Shown here piece by piece: positions 47,396 through 56,645 of a stretch of 64,000 bases of DNA (within the stretch, counting starts at the first letter, position 1; the number at the start of each line of letters is the position of its first letter). The notes beneath the pieces were generated by a model. The model was not told the DNA's origin, made no database searches, and saw only the letters and a list, made by a program, of their open reading frames with translations. The stretch covers positions 96,001 through 160,000 of the forward strand of contig CBDBKE010000002.1 of NCBI GenBank assembly GCA_965206645.1, written 5' to 3'. The stretch is from Terriglobia bacterium (GTDB taxonomy: Bacteria > Acidobacteriota > Terriglobia > JAJPHL01 > JAPKYU01). The position numbers and the translations under genes were made by a program.

Positions 47396-48451
47396 TTAAA
47401 CTTCAGCCTGAACCGTGACTCCAACTGAGTTAGCCGTCTCGACGAGCCGCTCCCACACGTCGTCTAGGATCGGAATTCCATCGCGCTGGCGCGTCGCACG
47501 GGCTGTAGACTCCATGTCGCCCGGCACGAGCACCGCCTTGAAGCCAGGAGCGGGGGGAATGGCCCGGACCCGCTCTTGCATCTGCTCCGCGCGAGTTGTG
47601 TAGCCCTCCAGGGGCTGAAACAGGTCAGCTCGAATCGCCACCAGGGTTCCTCCCTGGTGCCGCATGACGGGACCGCCGCGCTCTGTTTCGGCATAGTCAT
47701 CCGAACCGGTAAGAATGCGGCCGAAAAACTCGGCTGCCATCATGAGCCCGTAACCCTTGTGCGAGCCGAAGGGCAGGTGTGCTCCACCATCGAAGAATGC
47801 GGCCGTGTCCGTGGTAGGATTGCCATCCTTGTCGACGATCGAGTTCGGCGGAAGTTCCTGCCCTCGGCTCCTCGCCAACTCGATCTTGCTGCCGGCAATC
47901 GCGGTTGTAGCGTAGTCGAACATCATGGGCGAGTCCTTCCCCGCCGGAAAGCCGATCGAGACAGGGTTCGTGGAAAGGACCGCAGACCGGCCTCCGTAGG
48001 GAACTGCCACCGGCGTTCCTACGCCGTATCCCCCCGCCCAGACCATCCCGATCAACTGCCGCTCGACCGCCATGTCCACGTAGTACCCGAGCCTGCCGAT
48101 GTGCGTGGTTTCGACAATAGCCGTCACGGCCACTCCGTGTTCCTCCGCCTTGTTGATCGCCACTTCCATGGCATCCCGAGCCGTGACGTGGCCGAACCCC
48201 CAGTTGCCTCGAAGCAGCGCGCTAGTAGGACCCTCTTGAACGACCTCCGGATCGGCAGTCGGTGCGAGCACTCCGTCGTTGATCATCTTCACGTATCGGC
48301 CGAGATGATGAATCCCGTGTGTGTCAACGCCGGCCAGGTTTGCCGCCACCAGATGATCGGCAACGCCGCTCGCGTTGCGTTGACTGGCTCCCGCGGCGAG
48401 CAGGATCCGGTTGACGAGTGCTCGTAAGTCTTCGGCTGTCTTGATTACCAT
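47396..48451 (-). CDS. Ldh_2-family (malate/L-lactate/ureidoglycolate-type) oxidoreductase
   Basis: GVDTHG, THIGRLGYY, TNPVSIG, FDYAT, HKGYGL, VPGD. Confidence 0.9.
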   Translation of the reverse strand: MVIKTAEDLRALVNRILLAAGASQRNASGVADHLVAANLAGVDTHGIHHLGRYVKMINDGVLAPTADPEVVQEGPTSALLRGNWGFGHVTARDAMEVAINKAEEHGVAVTAIVETTHIGRLGYYVDMAVERQLIGMVWAGGYGVGTPVAVPYGGRSAVLSTNPVSIGFPAGKDSPMMFDYATTAIAGSKIELARSRGQELPPNSIVDKDGNPTTDTAAFFDGGAHLPFGSHKGYGLMMAAEFFGRILTGSDDYAETERGGPVMRHQGGTLVAIRADLFQPLEGYTTRAEQMQERVRAIPPAPGFKAVLVPGDMESTARATRQRDGIPILDDVWERLVETANSVGVTVQAEV

Positions 48452-48702
48452 CTATGTTGCCCTTCCTAAGTTGTGCTCTTGAAATAGTTCCGATCCTAGC
48501 GCTACCTGCGTCAATCTTTTGGGCTCGTCCGAGGCGACGACACGGCTGAAGCTGTGAGAAAATGCGGCTGTCCCGACGTCCTGAGGCGCTTCAATCAATT
48601 CACTTGGCAGCGGTTCACTCATTCCTGCGGTGCTCCAATGTGTCCGTTCGACCCCGTTGATGAAGAGGACGCGCTGGCTGCACCCCGCGCGGCACGCTCC
48701 AA

Positions 48703-48774
48703 CTACTCCGCGATCCGGCCACCGTCGATGACGATATCTGTTCCGGTGATGAATCCCGCTTCTTCTCTACATAG
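48703..48774 (-). pseudogene. C-terminal remnant of an SDR oxidoreductase
   Basis: LCREEAGFITGTDIVIDGGRIAE* matches the SDR terminal motif FITGxxIxIDGG. Confidence 0.6.
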
Positions 48775-49034
48775 GTTCGGCCCTATAAATCCGCAGCGCA
48801 ACCCCGCCTGAGCACGCCACGTGCCACCTATTTTCGGCTCTGAGCGAGATTACTACTTGATAACTGCGACATACCAGCCAAGATGGCGTGACGATAGCTG
48901 TGCGATAAATAAAGGCCGCCAAGCCCCCACACCCTCCAAGCTGGAACATAGGTAAACACTCGCCCGTTAGTGGGAACCTATCCGGCAAAGGTAACCGATA
49001 ACCTGTCATCGCTTGACCTGAACCGCGCAGTCCA

Positions 49035-49064
49035 TTGACTTACCCAGAACAAGCCTACTACACT
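49035..49064 (+). promoter_or_regulatory. Sigma70-type promoter of the small ORF
   Basis: TTGACT-N18-TACACT. Confidence 0.6.
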
Positions 49065-49088
49065 GTGCTTCACTTGAGGAGGACACGA

Positions 49089-49184
49089 GTGTACGAGGAA
49101 ATTCGTGTTCCAATTTGGCTTATCATAGTCATTGGCATCGCCATTTTCGTGGCGTTCACTAGCCGCCGTGCGCCCCGGCTGTAA
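49089..49184 (+). CDS. 31-aa single-pass membrane peptide (below the ORF-track cutoff)
   Basis: GAGGAGGA RBS, GTG start, MYEEIRVPIWLIIVIGIAIFVAFTSRRAPRL*. Confidence 0.6.
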   Translation: MYEEIRVPIWLIIVIGIAIFVAFTSRRAPRL

Positions 49185-49357
49185 GTCGAGAAGCCATCAA
49201 GCCATCAACAGCGGTCACAGAATCCGACGCCCATTAATTGGGGGACCCTGCCTAGAGGGAGAGTCAGACTTATGCAATCTTGCATATCTTCGACCTTCCC
49301 CTAGGACTACTCGACCGGGAGGGTGAGGCCCGAACATGGCCGTTTCTTGACGTCGCA

Positions 49358-49456
49358 GCCTAACGGCAGGCTTCAGCGGCCGTGGGGGGCTGAGAAGATA
49401 CCCGCCTGGCACCTCCTCCTCGCACCCCCACCGTCCGCTGCAAGCCCGTGTTAGGC
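49358..49456 (-). mobile_element. Integron attC recombination site
   Basis: Minus strand GCCTAAC-ACG-GGCTTGCAGCGGACGGTGGGGG ... CCCCCACGGCCGCTGAAGCC-TGCC-GTTAGGC: complementary R boxes, extra G and A on the left arm, 99 bp, 33 bp after a co-oriented stop codon. Confidence 0.88.
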
Positions 49457-49489
49457 TCGTCTACACGACGCGCTGCCATAGCAGTTTAG

Positions 49490-50251
49490 CTACGGCTGAG
49501 GCCCAATCGGGTGGGTTTTCAGGAGTTCCTTCGCTACTTGGGTTGCCTTGGGAGCACATGCGGGATGTCCCCAACCACCTGCACTCACGCCGTTCGTAAT
49601 GTCATTCACAATATTATCGTCTTTCGTCGGGCTCACTCCCGCAGGAACGTTGTCCAAGTTGAGTGTATGGCGGACCTTCCACGAGATGTTATGGTCTGCG
49701 CAGGAGCTATCACCACTGACGCCAACCGCTCCCACCAGTTTGCCATCGTGATCATACAAGGGCAAACCACCGCCAAACACATTCACTCCTCCAATCTTCT
49801 GACCGACCATAGGGTCCTTTGCCGTGCCAATGGCGTCAGAAGGGCCGCCATAGGCCACGTCCGTAGCCACGGGATTGCTCAACTGGAGCCCAAACAAACT
49901 CCCTCCTGGCTGCACCGCTGAAAAGAGATTTGCCGTTGATAACGCCAGTCCCGGAAGACTGAACGCATTGGCCGTGTTGGCTTTTTGTGCCGAGATGACC
50001 CGGCTCCCCGGCCATTGATCGCCTCGCGCTTTCCCGGAAAAAACGACGGCCCGCACCACACCATCCCGGTCGACGATAGTGGCCCACATATGGAGACCAA
50101 AGCCTCCGTTCTCCTCTGCAACCACCGTTTTCAGGGCGGCCTGGAGTTTCGCGTGGGTTGGTAAGTGACTGGCTGCAGGTAAAAACATGGCAGTCAATAC
50201 AACGGTTGCCACAGCAGCACTGAGGATTCCTTTCTGGTCTTTCATGCTCAC
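49490..50251 (-). CDS. Secreted heme-binding protein, GlcG/HbpS family (cassette-borne)
   Basis: IVDRDG, SRVISAQKANTA, FGGGLPL, GAVGVSGD; signal peptide; AAGGAGG RBS. Confidence 0.88.
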   Translation of the reverse strand: MSMKDQKGILSAAVATVVLTAMFLPAASHLPTHAKLQAALKTVVAEENGGFGLHMWATIVDRDGVVRAVVFSGKARGDQWPGSRVISAQKANTANAFSLPGLALSTANLFSAVQPGGSLFGLQLSNPVATDVAYGGPSDAIGTAKDPMVGQKIGGVNVFGGGLPLYDHDGKLVGAVGVSGDSSCADHNISWKVRHTLNLDNVPAGVSPTKDDNIVNDITNGVSAGGWGHPACAPKATQVAKELLKTHPIGPQP

Positions 50252-50280
50252 AACCTCCTTGTTGACGATGCCAGCTTCGG

Positions 50281-50304
50281 AGCCTAACTCTTGTTTAGGC
50301 TGAC
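50281..50304 (-). other. attI-like (or collapsed attC) site carrying the cassette core site
   Basis: GTCAGCCTAAACAAGAG/TTAGGCT; 14/19 positions match attI1 GTCGCCCTAAAACAAAGTT as I recall it; core GTTAGGC is complementary to the cassette inverse core GCCTAAC. Confidence 0.6.
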
Positions 50305-50349
50305 CTGGATAAAACCGGCCGGTCGGCCTAGCACTAGAGAGGTGCGCGG

Positions 50350-50379
50350 AGTGTAGGTCCTGCTGGCGTGGATTGTCAA
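50350..50379 (-). promoter_or_regulatory. Pc-like sigma70 promoter pointing into the cassette
   Basis: Minus-strand TTGACA-N18-TACACT, about 60 bp upstream of the crossover GTT. Confidence 0.6.
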
Positions 50380-50499
50380 CAGCGCGCCAGCACTTGGTGG
50401 CTGGTTGGACCCCACAAGTGCGGCAGACGGCAGTTCAGCTAGTGTTTACCTTGATGATTTCTCGGTTGTGCGCACCGGGCGGGGACAAACTCTCGGGAG

Positions 50500-51696
50500 C
50501 TAGCTATTCGGCGGGCTTGCTCCCACGGGCACCTCGACCATGTTGCTCGGCACACCGATGTTGATGATTTCCAGGTCGTGACTAACGGGCGGGATCGCAC
50601 CCTCGGGGGGCTGGCCAGTCGGCGGGGTTATTCCCACGGGTCCCTCGACGTTCACCTGGTACAGCCCCACGAATCCCGGGGCCAGGCCGGAGCAGACCAC
50701 CTCAGCGGGAATGCCGCCGATGTTTACCAACGGCGGGCTAACGGTTCGCGCCAATGGCTCCGTGCCGGGGGCAACATTGCCGGATGGCACTTCCGGCAGG
50801 ACCGGCCCCAATCCCGTGCAAAAGATCAGCAGGAACTCGCCCGGCTGTGCCGGGTTGCTCTCGGTGACGGGCTGGAAATCTGCCGCGTGCAGGATCGCCC
50901 CGGCGCCGGTGCCCTGCTGGTTCTGCGTAAAAATCCCCGGCGATACGGCCGCAATCGCGACCGGCTGCGCCGTGCTGGTTTCACCGCCCCGTGTCACCTG
51001 CACCGTGACCACGCCCGCTCCGGATACCAGCTCAAACGGCACCTGCGCATTGATCTGCGTGCCAGAGACGAAAAATAGCGCGGCCGGTATGCCGTTGAAG
51101 GTCACACTGGTTTCTCCCAGCATGGTGGGTAGAGGCACCTCCGACGCTACCTGAGTATCGCTGGCCAGCTCCGTCCCAAAGATGGTCACGATCGCGCCCG
51201 GAGCGATAAAGGATTTGGGCTCCGTCGCCGCCCGGAAGCTGGCGCCGTTGACCACCGAGTCGGGCGGCAGGATCGGAGGCGTCGGCGGCTCGCTCAATGT
51301 GACCGCGACCGAAATAAAAAACGTCTCGCCGCTGTCGCTAGTGCCGATGACGCGTGCCTCACTGACCCCAGGCCCCGGCAAGGCCCCGTAATTAATTGTC
51401 ACGGTGAAAGACGCCCGACCCGGCTCAAACGTCGCCGAGGGCGGAACACTGAGCCAGCCTGTTCCGTTCATGAAATCCACCGAGAGAGTAAAGAGGACGC
51501 TTCCATGTCTTTCGCAGACCTGAATTGTCTCGTTTACCATCACAACATGCTGTGAAGGCGGAACTCCCATGGAGGCGGAAATACCCAGGACCCGTGGAGA
51601 CATGCAACCGCTAATGTCTTGTCCGAACGCGGGTCTCGCAAAGATCAATGCCAGACAGCAGACCGCAAAAAATACCAACCGCCGAATGGACATCAT
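50500..51696 (-). CDS. Secreted protein with Solibacter-type C-terminal (IPT/TIG-like, TIGR03437-like) domain
   Basis: VVNGASF, IAPGAIVTIFG, QINAQVP, CTGLG, GLAPGFVGLYQVNV. Confidence 0.85.
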   Translation of the reverse strand: MMSIRRLVFFAVCCLALIFARPAFGQDISGCMSPRVLGISASMGVPPSQHVVMVNETIQVCERHGSVLFTLSVDFMNGTGWLSVPPSATFEPGRASFTVTINYGALPGPGVSEARVIGTSDSGETFFISVAVTLSEPPTPPILPPDSVVNGASFRAATEPKSFIAPGAIVTIFGTELASDTQVASEVPLPTMLGETSVTFNGIPAALFFVSGTQINAQVPFELVSGAGVVTVQVTRGGETSTAQPVAIAAVSPGIFTQNQQGTGAGAILHAADFQPVTESNPAQPGEFLLIFCTGLGPVLPEVPSGNVAPGTEPLARTVSPPLVNIGGIPAEVVCSGLAPGFVGLYQVNVEGPVGITPPTGQPPEGAIPPVSHDLEIINIGVPSNMVEVPVGASPPNS

Positions 51697-52339
51697 GTTC
51701 TCCGCCTGAGTCCCAACACGTTTCCCAGCACCTCGTTCGCTTGCCTTCCGCAGCCGGGAGAGCGTGCTTGCCTTCCGCCATGGGGCCGGCTACATGGGAT
51801 TCCCGATCGCACGCATTCTAGCAGAATGGCACAATCTGGAGGCCAGGATAGGGGGCTTCGGCGCGGCCGCTCTGAAACGAAAGAACTTGCGGCGGATTTG
51901 ACAGATTAGTCCCCACTAGTCGGTTAGCGTTTACTTATCGGAGGGACTCCCGAAACCCCAAGTGTCAGGACCCGTACGAACCGACCCGACTACGCGATAG
52001 ACACTCACAAGGGCTACGCCACCAGGGGAGGAGCCAGACAGGCCCACCTGTAGCTCGCTGACTCTGACGGTGCGGCATGTAGCCTCAAGAGGGTGCGGGT
52101 ACGGGAGTATTGGTCGTCGACAGTAAGAAAGGAAATTGGGCCAAGTCCGTCTTCACTGCCAAACACCCAAAGAGAGTTTGGGCGACCTTTCGAGCCTGCG
52201 GCATAGAGCCCGTATCTTGGAAGTCAGGTTCAGATTGTGTCGGGCGTGTTTCAACTTGCCGGTTTCAGCGTGCAGCCGCACATGTGGGTGGCCGTAAGGG
52301 GCACGATGTGCAAGCTCCACGGTAAGGGAGATCCACGTC

Positions 52340-52507
52340 AGTGGATGCCGCACCAGGGCGAACTGTTCCTACCTGCTTCCTGTTCCGGCTCGCCAAGCCC
52401 AGCAGCTCTGGCAATGGCTCGGCCTCGCTACAGTGATCTGAGCTTGAGTCGAGAAGGCAACTGCCGTATGCTTCTGGGCGCCGGGAAGCTCAAATCGGAA
52501 ATTCCAA
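52340..52507 (+). mobile_element. Degenerate IS1380 right-end remnant
   Basis: HQGELF fragment (cf. HHPGELFPR), TTGAGT-N17-TATGCT, GGAAGCTCAAATCGGAAATTCCAA. Confidence 0.65.
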
Positions 52508-52560
52508 CTTTCGCTTGCCAGCCACCTTGAAGGCCACCGTGAAGGAGAGATAGCTGTCTG

Positions 52561-53889
52561 ATGGTTTCGAAGGGCGCGCTGTTTCGACGGGTCTGGGACT
52601 CCATCGCCGACCGTGGGCTTGAGTTGCGACGAAGATGGAGAGCGACCGGCGCCGCGTCGCTTGAATCGCTATGCCGCGAGTTACTCTTCGAACGCGGCGA
52701 GGCCTCCGGGATCGCCTTGGGGCGGGAAGTCGCCGAGCGCTACCGCCGCTTGGCGCCTTCCGCGCGAGAGGCTTTCTTTCTGGCCCTTTTGGAACCGGAC
52801 TTTCTCCCTGATCGGCAGTCTGTCCTGGCGGCGGCCGAGAAGTATCGATCCAAGCCGAATGCCGAAACGCTGGCCGAGCTGTTCGGCGCGGTTGAGCCGC
52901 CTCGTCAGGAGCTGTTCCGTCGCGTCAATCTGACACCCGGCGGAACCCAGGCGCTGGTACGGATGCGGGAAGATCTACTGCGTTTTCTGCCGGCCCGGCC
53001 GGAGCTCAAACCGGTGGATATGGATCTGCACCATCTGCTGGCTTCATGGTTCAACCCCGGGTTCCTGCGCTTGGAGCGCGTCGACTGGCACACACCGGCA
53101 AGCATCTTGGAGAAGCTGATCGAGCATGAGGCGGTTCACGAGATTCACGGCTGGGATGATCTGCGGCGGCGGCTCGCCAAGGACCGGCGGTGCTTCGCCT
53201 TCTTTCATCCAGCGCTTGCGGACGAGCCTCTGATTTTCGTCGAGGTCGCCTTGACCCGTGGACTCGCTTCTTCAATTCCGCCCTTGCTGGCCTGTGACAG
53301 TGAACCGCTGGATCTGCGGCGAGCGGATACAGCGGTTTTCTATTCCATCAGCAATTGTCTCGACGGGTTGCGTGGTATCTCGTTCGGAAATTTCCTCATC
53401 AAGCACGTCATCGCCGAGTTGCAGGCGGAAGATCTCAAATTGCGATCGTTTGCAACGCTGTCGCCCTTGCCTGGTTTCCGAACATGGTTGAATGGTTTGT
53501 CGGTCGATCGCAAGGCGGAACTGGCCGGAGGCGGCGATCTCTCCGTTTTGAACGCCGTGGAAGACACCGACTGGCACGAGAACCGCGACGCGTGCGATCG
53601 GGTTGGGCCATTGCTTTCACGGTTCTGCGCCCACTATCTCCTTAGCGAGCGCGAGGAGGGCCGTGCGGTCGACCCGGTCGCTTCATTCCACTTGGGCAAC
53701 GGGGCATCGGTGGAACAGATCAACTGGCTTGCGGATACATCCGAGAAGGGCCTGGCGCAATCCTTCGGCTTCATGGTGAACTACGCGTACCGGCCCTTCC
53801 GGATCGAGCGGAATCACGAGGCCTATGTGAAACGAAGCCGGATCGCAGCTTCTGCGAAGGTGAAAGCAATGCTCCGTGAGCGATCCTAG
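52561..53889 (+). CDS. Malonyl-CoA decarboxylase
   Basis: EPPRQELFRR, SWFNPGFL, EAVHEI, DRRCFAFFHP, FYSISNC, GISFGNFLIK, DPVASFHLGNGA. Confidence 0.93.
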   Translation: MVSKGALFRRVWDSIADRGLELRRRWRATGAASLESLCRELLFERGEASGIALGREVAERYRRLAPSAREAFFLALLEPDFLPDRQSVLAAAEKYRSKPNAETLAELFGAVEPPRQELFRRVNLTPGGTQALVRMREDLLRFLPARPELKPVDMDLHHLLASWFNPGFLRLERVDWHTPASILEKLIEHEAVHEIHGWDDLRRRLAKDRRCFAFFHPALADEPLIFVEVALTRGLASSIPPLLACDSEPLDLRRADTAVFYSISNCLDGLRGISFGNFLIKHVIAELQAEDLKLRSFATLSPLPGFRTWLNGLSVDRKAELAGGGDLSVLNAVEDTDWHENRDACDRVGPLLSRFCAHYLLSEREEGRAVDPVASFHLGNGASVEQINWLADTSEKGLAQSFGFMVNYAYRPFRIERNHEAYVKRSRIAASAKVKAMLRERS

Positions 53890-54033
53890 GAGCAAAATCC
53901 TGAATCCGTTGGCGGCTGGAGCTTCTATCGCAATCTTGGCTTGCACCAAGCGGGTGTGACGCATAATTCTTGGCGGCCAGCATGGAAGCCGAATGGAAGC
54001 CGACAATTTCCGTTATTGCGGAGGGTAGAGTAG

Positions 54034-55548
54034 ATGAAAAGATACACCGTTCTAAGTTGGATCGTCGTTGTCGTTCTGCTGACATTCGGTCTGCAGACCC
54101 CCGCCAGAGGTGAGGTGGTTGCGCTCAATGGAGGGCTGGGGCGGTCGCTGGAAGAGGTTGTCCTTTTCCCCTACGACAATTACAGCATTCCACTGATTTA
54201 CGGGTTGGAACTGGGCCTGATTCCAGGCAAAAAGCACAAGGAAAACCCCATCATTCGCATGGGCAAACCCGGTGAGCCCGACTCCAAAGCGGTGGCCTAC
54301 TATGGAACGGTGATAAAGATCGGAGACCAACTCCGGATGTGGTACATCGGAGCCCCCGAAGTGTACGACACTAGGGCTGGAGGCTGGCCCGGATGGGGCC
54401 TAGGGCGGGTTTGTTATGCAGTCAGTAAAGACGGCATCCACTGGGAGAAACCAGCGCTGGGCCTGGTCGAGTTTGAGGGGAGCAAACAAAACAACCTCGT
54501 CGATCTCGACATCGACCGGTTGAGAGCTTCCCTAGTCCTGTACGAACCCGATGATCCTGATCCGAACCGCCGCTTCAAGATGGTTTTCGAGAGCGATAGG
54601 TACGGGGCGAAATTCGGAGTTGCCTATAGCCCGGACGGCTTGAAGTGGAAACAATCTCCCAAAAACCCGGTTGGGCCGGTATTCGAAATGGCCGGAATGG
54701 TCAAGCTGAACGGCGCCTACTACGTCAACGGACAGGGATTAGGATATCCCAAGCGCATCTTGGTGACCCACATCTCTTACGATTTCGAAAACTGGACGCA
54801 GTCGGGGGTGGTGGGTTTCCGCAGGGACAACCTCCCCCCGCGCCTGCCGGTCTTTTTCTCGCGTGCCGGAGAACAGGTTCACCTGGGAGCCTCACTCTGG
54901 GACCGGGGTAATGTCCTGCTGGGATTCTACGGACAGTGGCACGGAGCGGACAGCAACGATCGTCGCTACATCAGTATGGACATCGGTCTAGTCCTCACTC
55001 AGGACGGTTTGCACTTCCGTGAACCGATTCCGGACTTCCGGATCATCTCGGCCGCCGAGGAGCCCGACGGGGCCCACCCCTCGCTGATCCAGGGACAGGG
55101 ATTTGAAAACCTCGGGGATCAAACTCTGGTCTGGTATGGGGGCTGGATGAGCGGTGAAGTCCGCGTGGCAACTTGGGAGCGAGATCGGCTAGGGTATTTC
55201 GAACCCGTCCGGCGCCGGAAAAGTGAAGGCCCCTTCGAAGCCTCGCACTTTGTTACTTGTCCGATACGGCTGGAGGATGCAGGAGGAAAGGTTTACGTCA
55301 ATGCCGATGGCCTTTCGGAAGACAGCTATCTGAAAGTGGAACTCCTGGACGAGCAATTGCGAGGCGTGGCGGGCTATTCGGGGACGGATAGCGCGCTGGT
55401 CAAGCAAAGCGGGCTTCGCGAGCCGGTGCAGTGGGGTAACAAAAAGAGCCTGCAAAAGTTTCCTCACGCGCTTCGTATCCGATTTACCTATGGGGGACTT
55501 CGGCCCGAGGACGCTCGGGTTTACGCCGTCTACGTAACCCAGAAGTAG
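54034..55548 (+). CDS. Secreted beta-propeller glycoside-hydrolase-like protein
   Basis: Signal peptide, RMWY, YAVSKDGIHWEKPALG, SPDGLKW, DGLHF. Confidence 0.65.
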   Translation: MKRYTVLSWIVVVVLLTFGLQTPARGEVVALNGGLGRSLEEVVLFPYDNYSIPLIYGLELGLIPGKKHKENPIIRMGKPGEPDSKAVAYYGTVIKIGDQLRMWYIGAPEVYDTRAGGWPGWGLGRVCYAVSKDGIHWEKPALGLVEFEGSKQNNLVDLDIDRLRASLVLYEPDDPDPNRRFKMVFESDRYGAKFGVAYSPDGLKWKQSPKNPVGPVFEMAGMVKLNGAYYVNGQGLGYPKRILVTHISYDFENWTQSGVVGFRRDNLPPRLPVFFSRAGEQVHLGASLWDRGNVLLGFYGQWHGADSNDRRYISMDIGLVLTQDGLHFREPIPDFRIISAAEEPDGAHPSLIQGQGFENLGDQTLVWYGGWMSGEVRVATWERDRLGYFEPVRRRKSEGPFEASHFVTCPIRLEDAGGKVYVNADGLSEDSYLKVELLDEQLRGVAGYSGTDSALVKQSGLREPVQWGNKKSLQKFPHALRIRFTYGGLRPEDARVYAVYVTQK

Positions 55549-55719
55549 CAGCTGAGACTTCTGCGCGTGGCGCGGGGCACGCAAGCAGGGAGACTCAGTC
55601 CAGTTGAGCTTCTATTGAAGGCCCCGAGACTTCGCGCATTCAAGTTCAATTGGGTTCTCCGTCTCTCCAGGTCTAGGGAAACGATGCTGGTTACTGCTTT
55701 TCTCTCGCGCCTGTAAGCA

Positions 55720-56502
55720 TCAGCTCCCGGCCCCGACCACGGCTTGGTCAAAGTCGATCAGGGAGCCGGTCATCATTCCCGAATCGTCGCTGAGCAACAG
55801 CGCAACCAGTTTGACCGGATCGCTCGGGCGCAAAAGGCGCCCGAACGGAGACTTGGCTTCGGCCAGCTCCAACCAGTTGTCGGGCCGTCCCGAAGCCTTC
55901 TGTACCACATCCTCGTTTGGCGTACTCATCCAGCCGATGTTCAGACCGTTGACCCGGATTCGATCAAACAGAAGAGTATTGGCAACGTTCTTGGTCAAAG
56001 TGGCAAGCGCCCCCTTGGATGCACAGTACGGGGTGAGATAGGGTTCCCCACCGTAGCATGCCATACTGATTATATTGACGATGCTACCGGGTATCTTCTC
56101 CCGTTTCATGATACGCACCGCTTCCTGCATCAAGATAAACGGCGCCCGTGCATTCACTGCAAACTGATGGTCCCAAAGGGCCACTGAGCTGTCCTCTAAA
56201 GTGCCCCGCCTGGTATCGCCTGCAACGTTGACCAGTCCATCTACCCGGCCGAAACGGGCATCACACGCTCGCACCACCTCACGACAATCGGCCTCTTTTG
56301 AGAGGTCGGCGGGCACGTACAGGGTGGGACACCCTGCCGCCTCTAGGGCGCCGGAAACCCTTTGCCCGTTGGCGCGATTGCGTCCACAGATCACTATACC
56401 GGCAGCACCCTGCTCGACGAGATAGCGGGCAATGGCCTCACCCAAACCCTGGGTACCTCCGGTAACAATGATGATCTTTCCATTGAGTTGGGCTGTTGAC
56501 AA
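55720..56502 (-). CDS. SDR family oxidoreductase
   Basis: TGGTQGLG, VNVAG, YCASK, IRVNGL; TTG start. Confidence 0.92.
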   Translation of the reverse strand: MSTAQLNGKIIIVTGGTQGLGEAIARYLVEQGAAGIVICGRNRANGQRVSGALEAAGCPTLYVPADLSKEADCREVVRACDARFGRVDGLVNVAGDTRRGTLEDSSVALWDHQFAVNARAPFILMQEAVRIMKREKIPGSIVNIISMACYGGEPYLTPYCASKGALATLTKNVANTLLFDRIRVNGLNIGWMSTPNEDVVQKASGRPDNWLELAEAKSPFGRLLRPSDPVKLVALLLSDDSGMMTGSLIDFDQAVVGAGS

Positions 56503-56581
56503 TGTTTCTCCTTTGGTTCTTGAGTCCCGGGAACATACTCTTGTTCACCCGCGCTCTATGGCAGCAGCAGGCTCCCGGAAC

Positions 56582-56645
56582 CCGGAATTTCCGATTTGAG
56601 GCCCCCTTCACCCAAAAGCATACGCCAGCCACGCCGGCGGCCTAA
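56582..56645 (-). mobile_element. Solo IS1380 right end
   Basis: CCGGAATTTCCGATTTGAGGCCCCCTTCACCCAAAAGCATACGCC versus copy 2 CCGGAATTTCCATTTTGAGCTTCCTCTTCACCCGAAAAGCTATGCC. Confidence 0.75.

Noticed and set aside
48858-48973. Possible third attC (GATAAC...GTTAGTG)
   Set aside because: Ends do not fit RYYYAAC and the L-box arms pair poorly; at best degenerate, needs a covariance-model score.
51760-51790. Minus-strand GCCCCATGGCGGAAGGCA resembling a tRNA-Leu 5' fragment
   Set aside because: Too short and gapped, and partly explained by a local 13-bp duplication.
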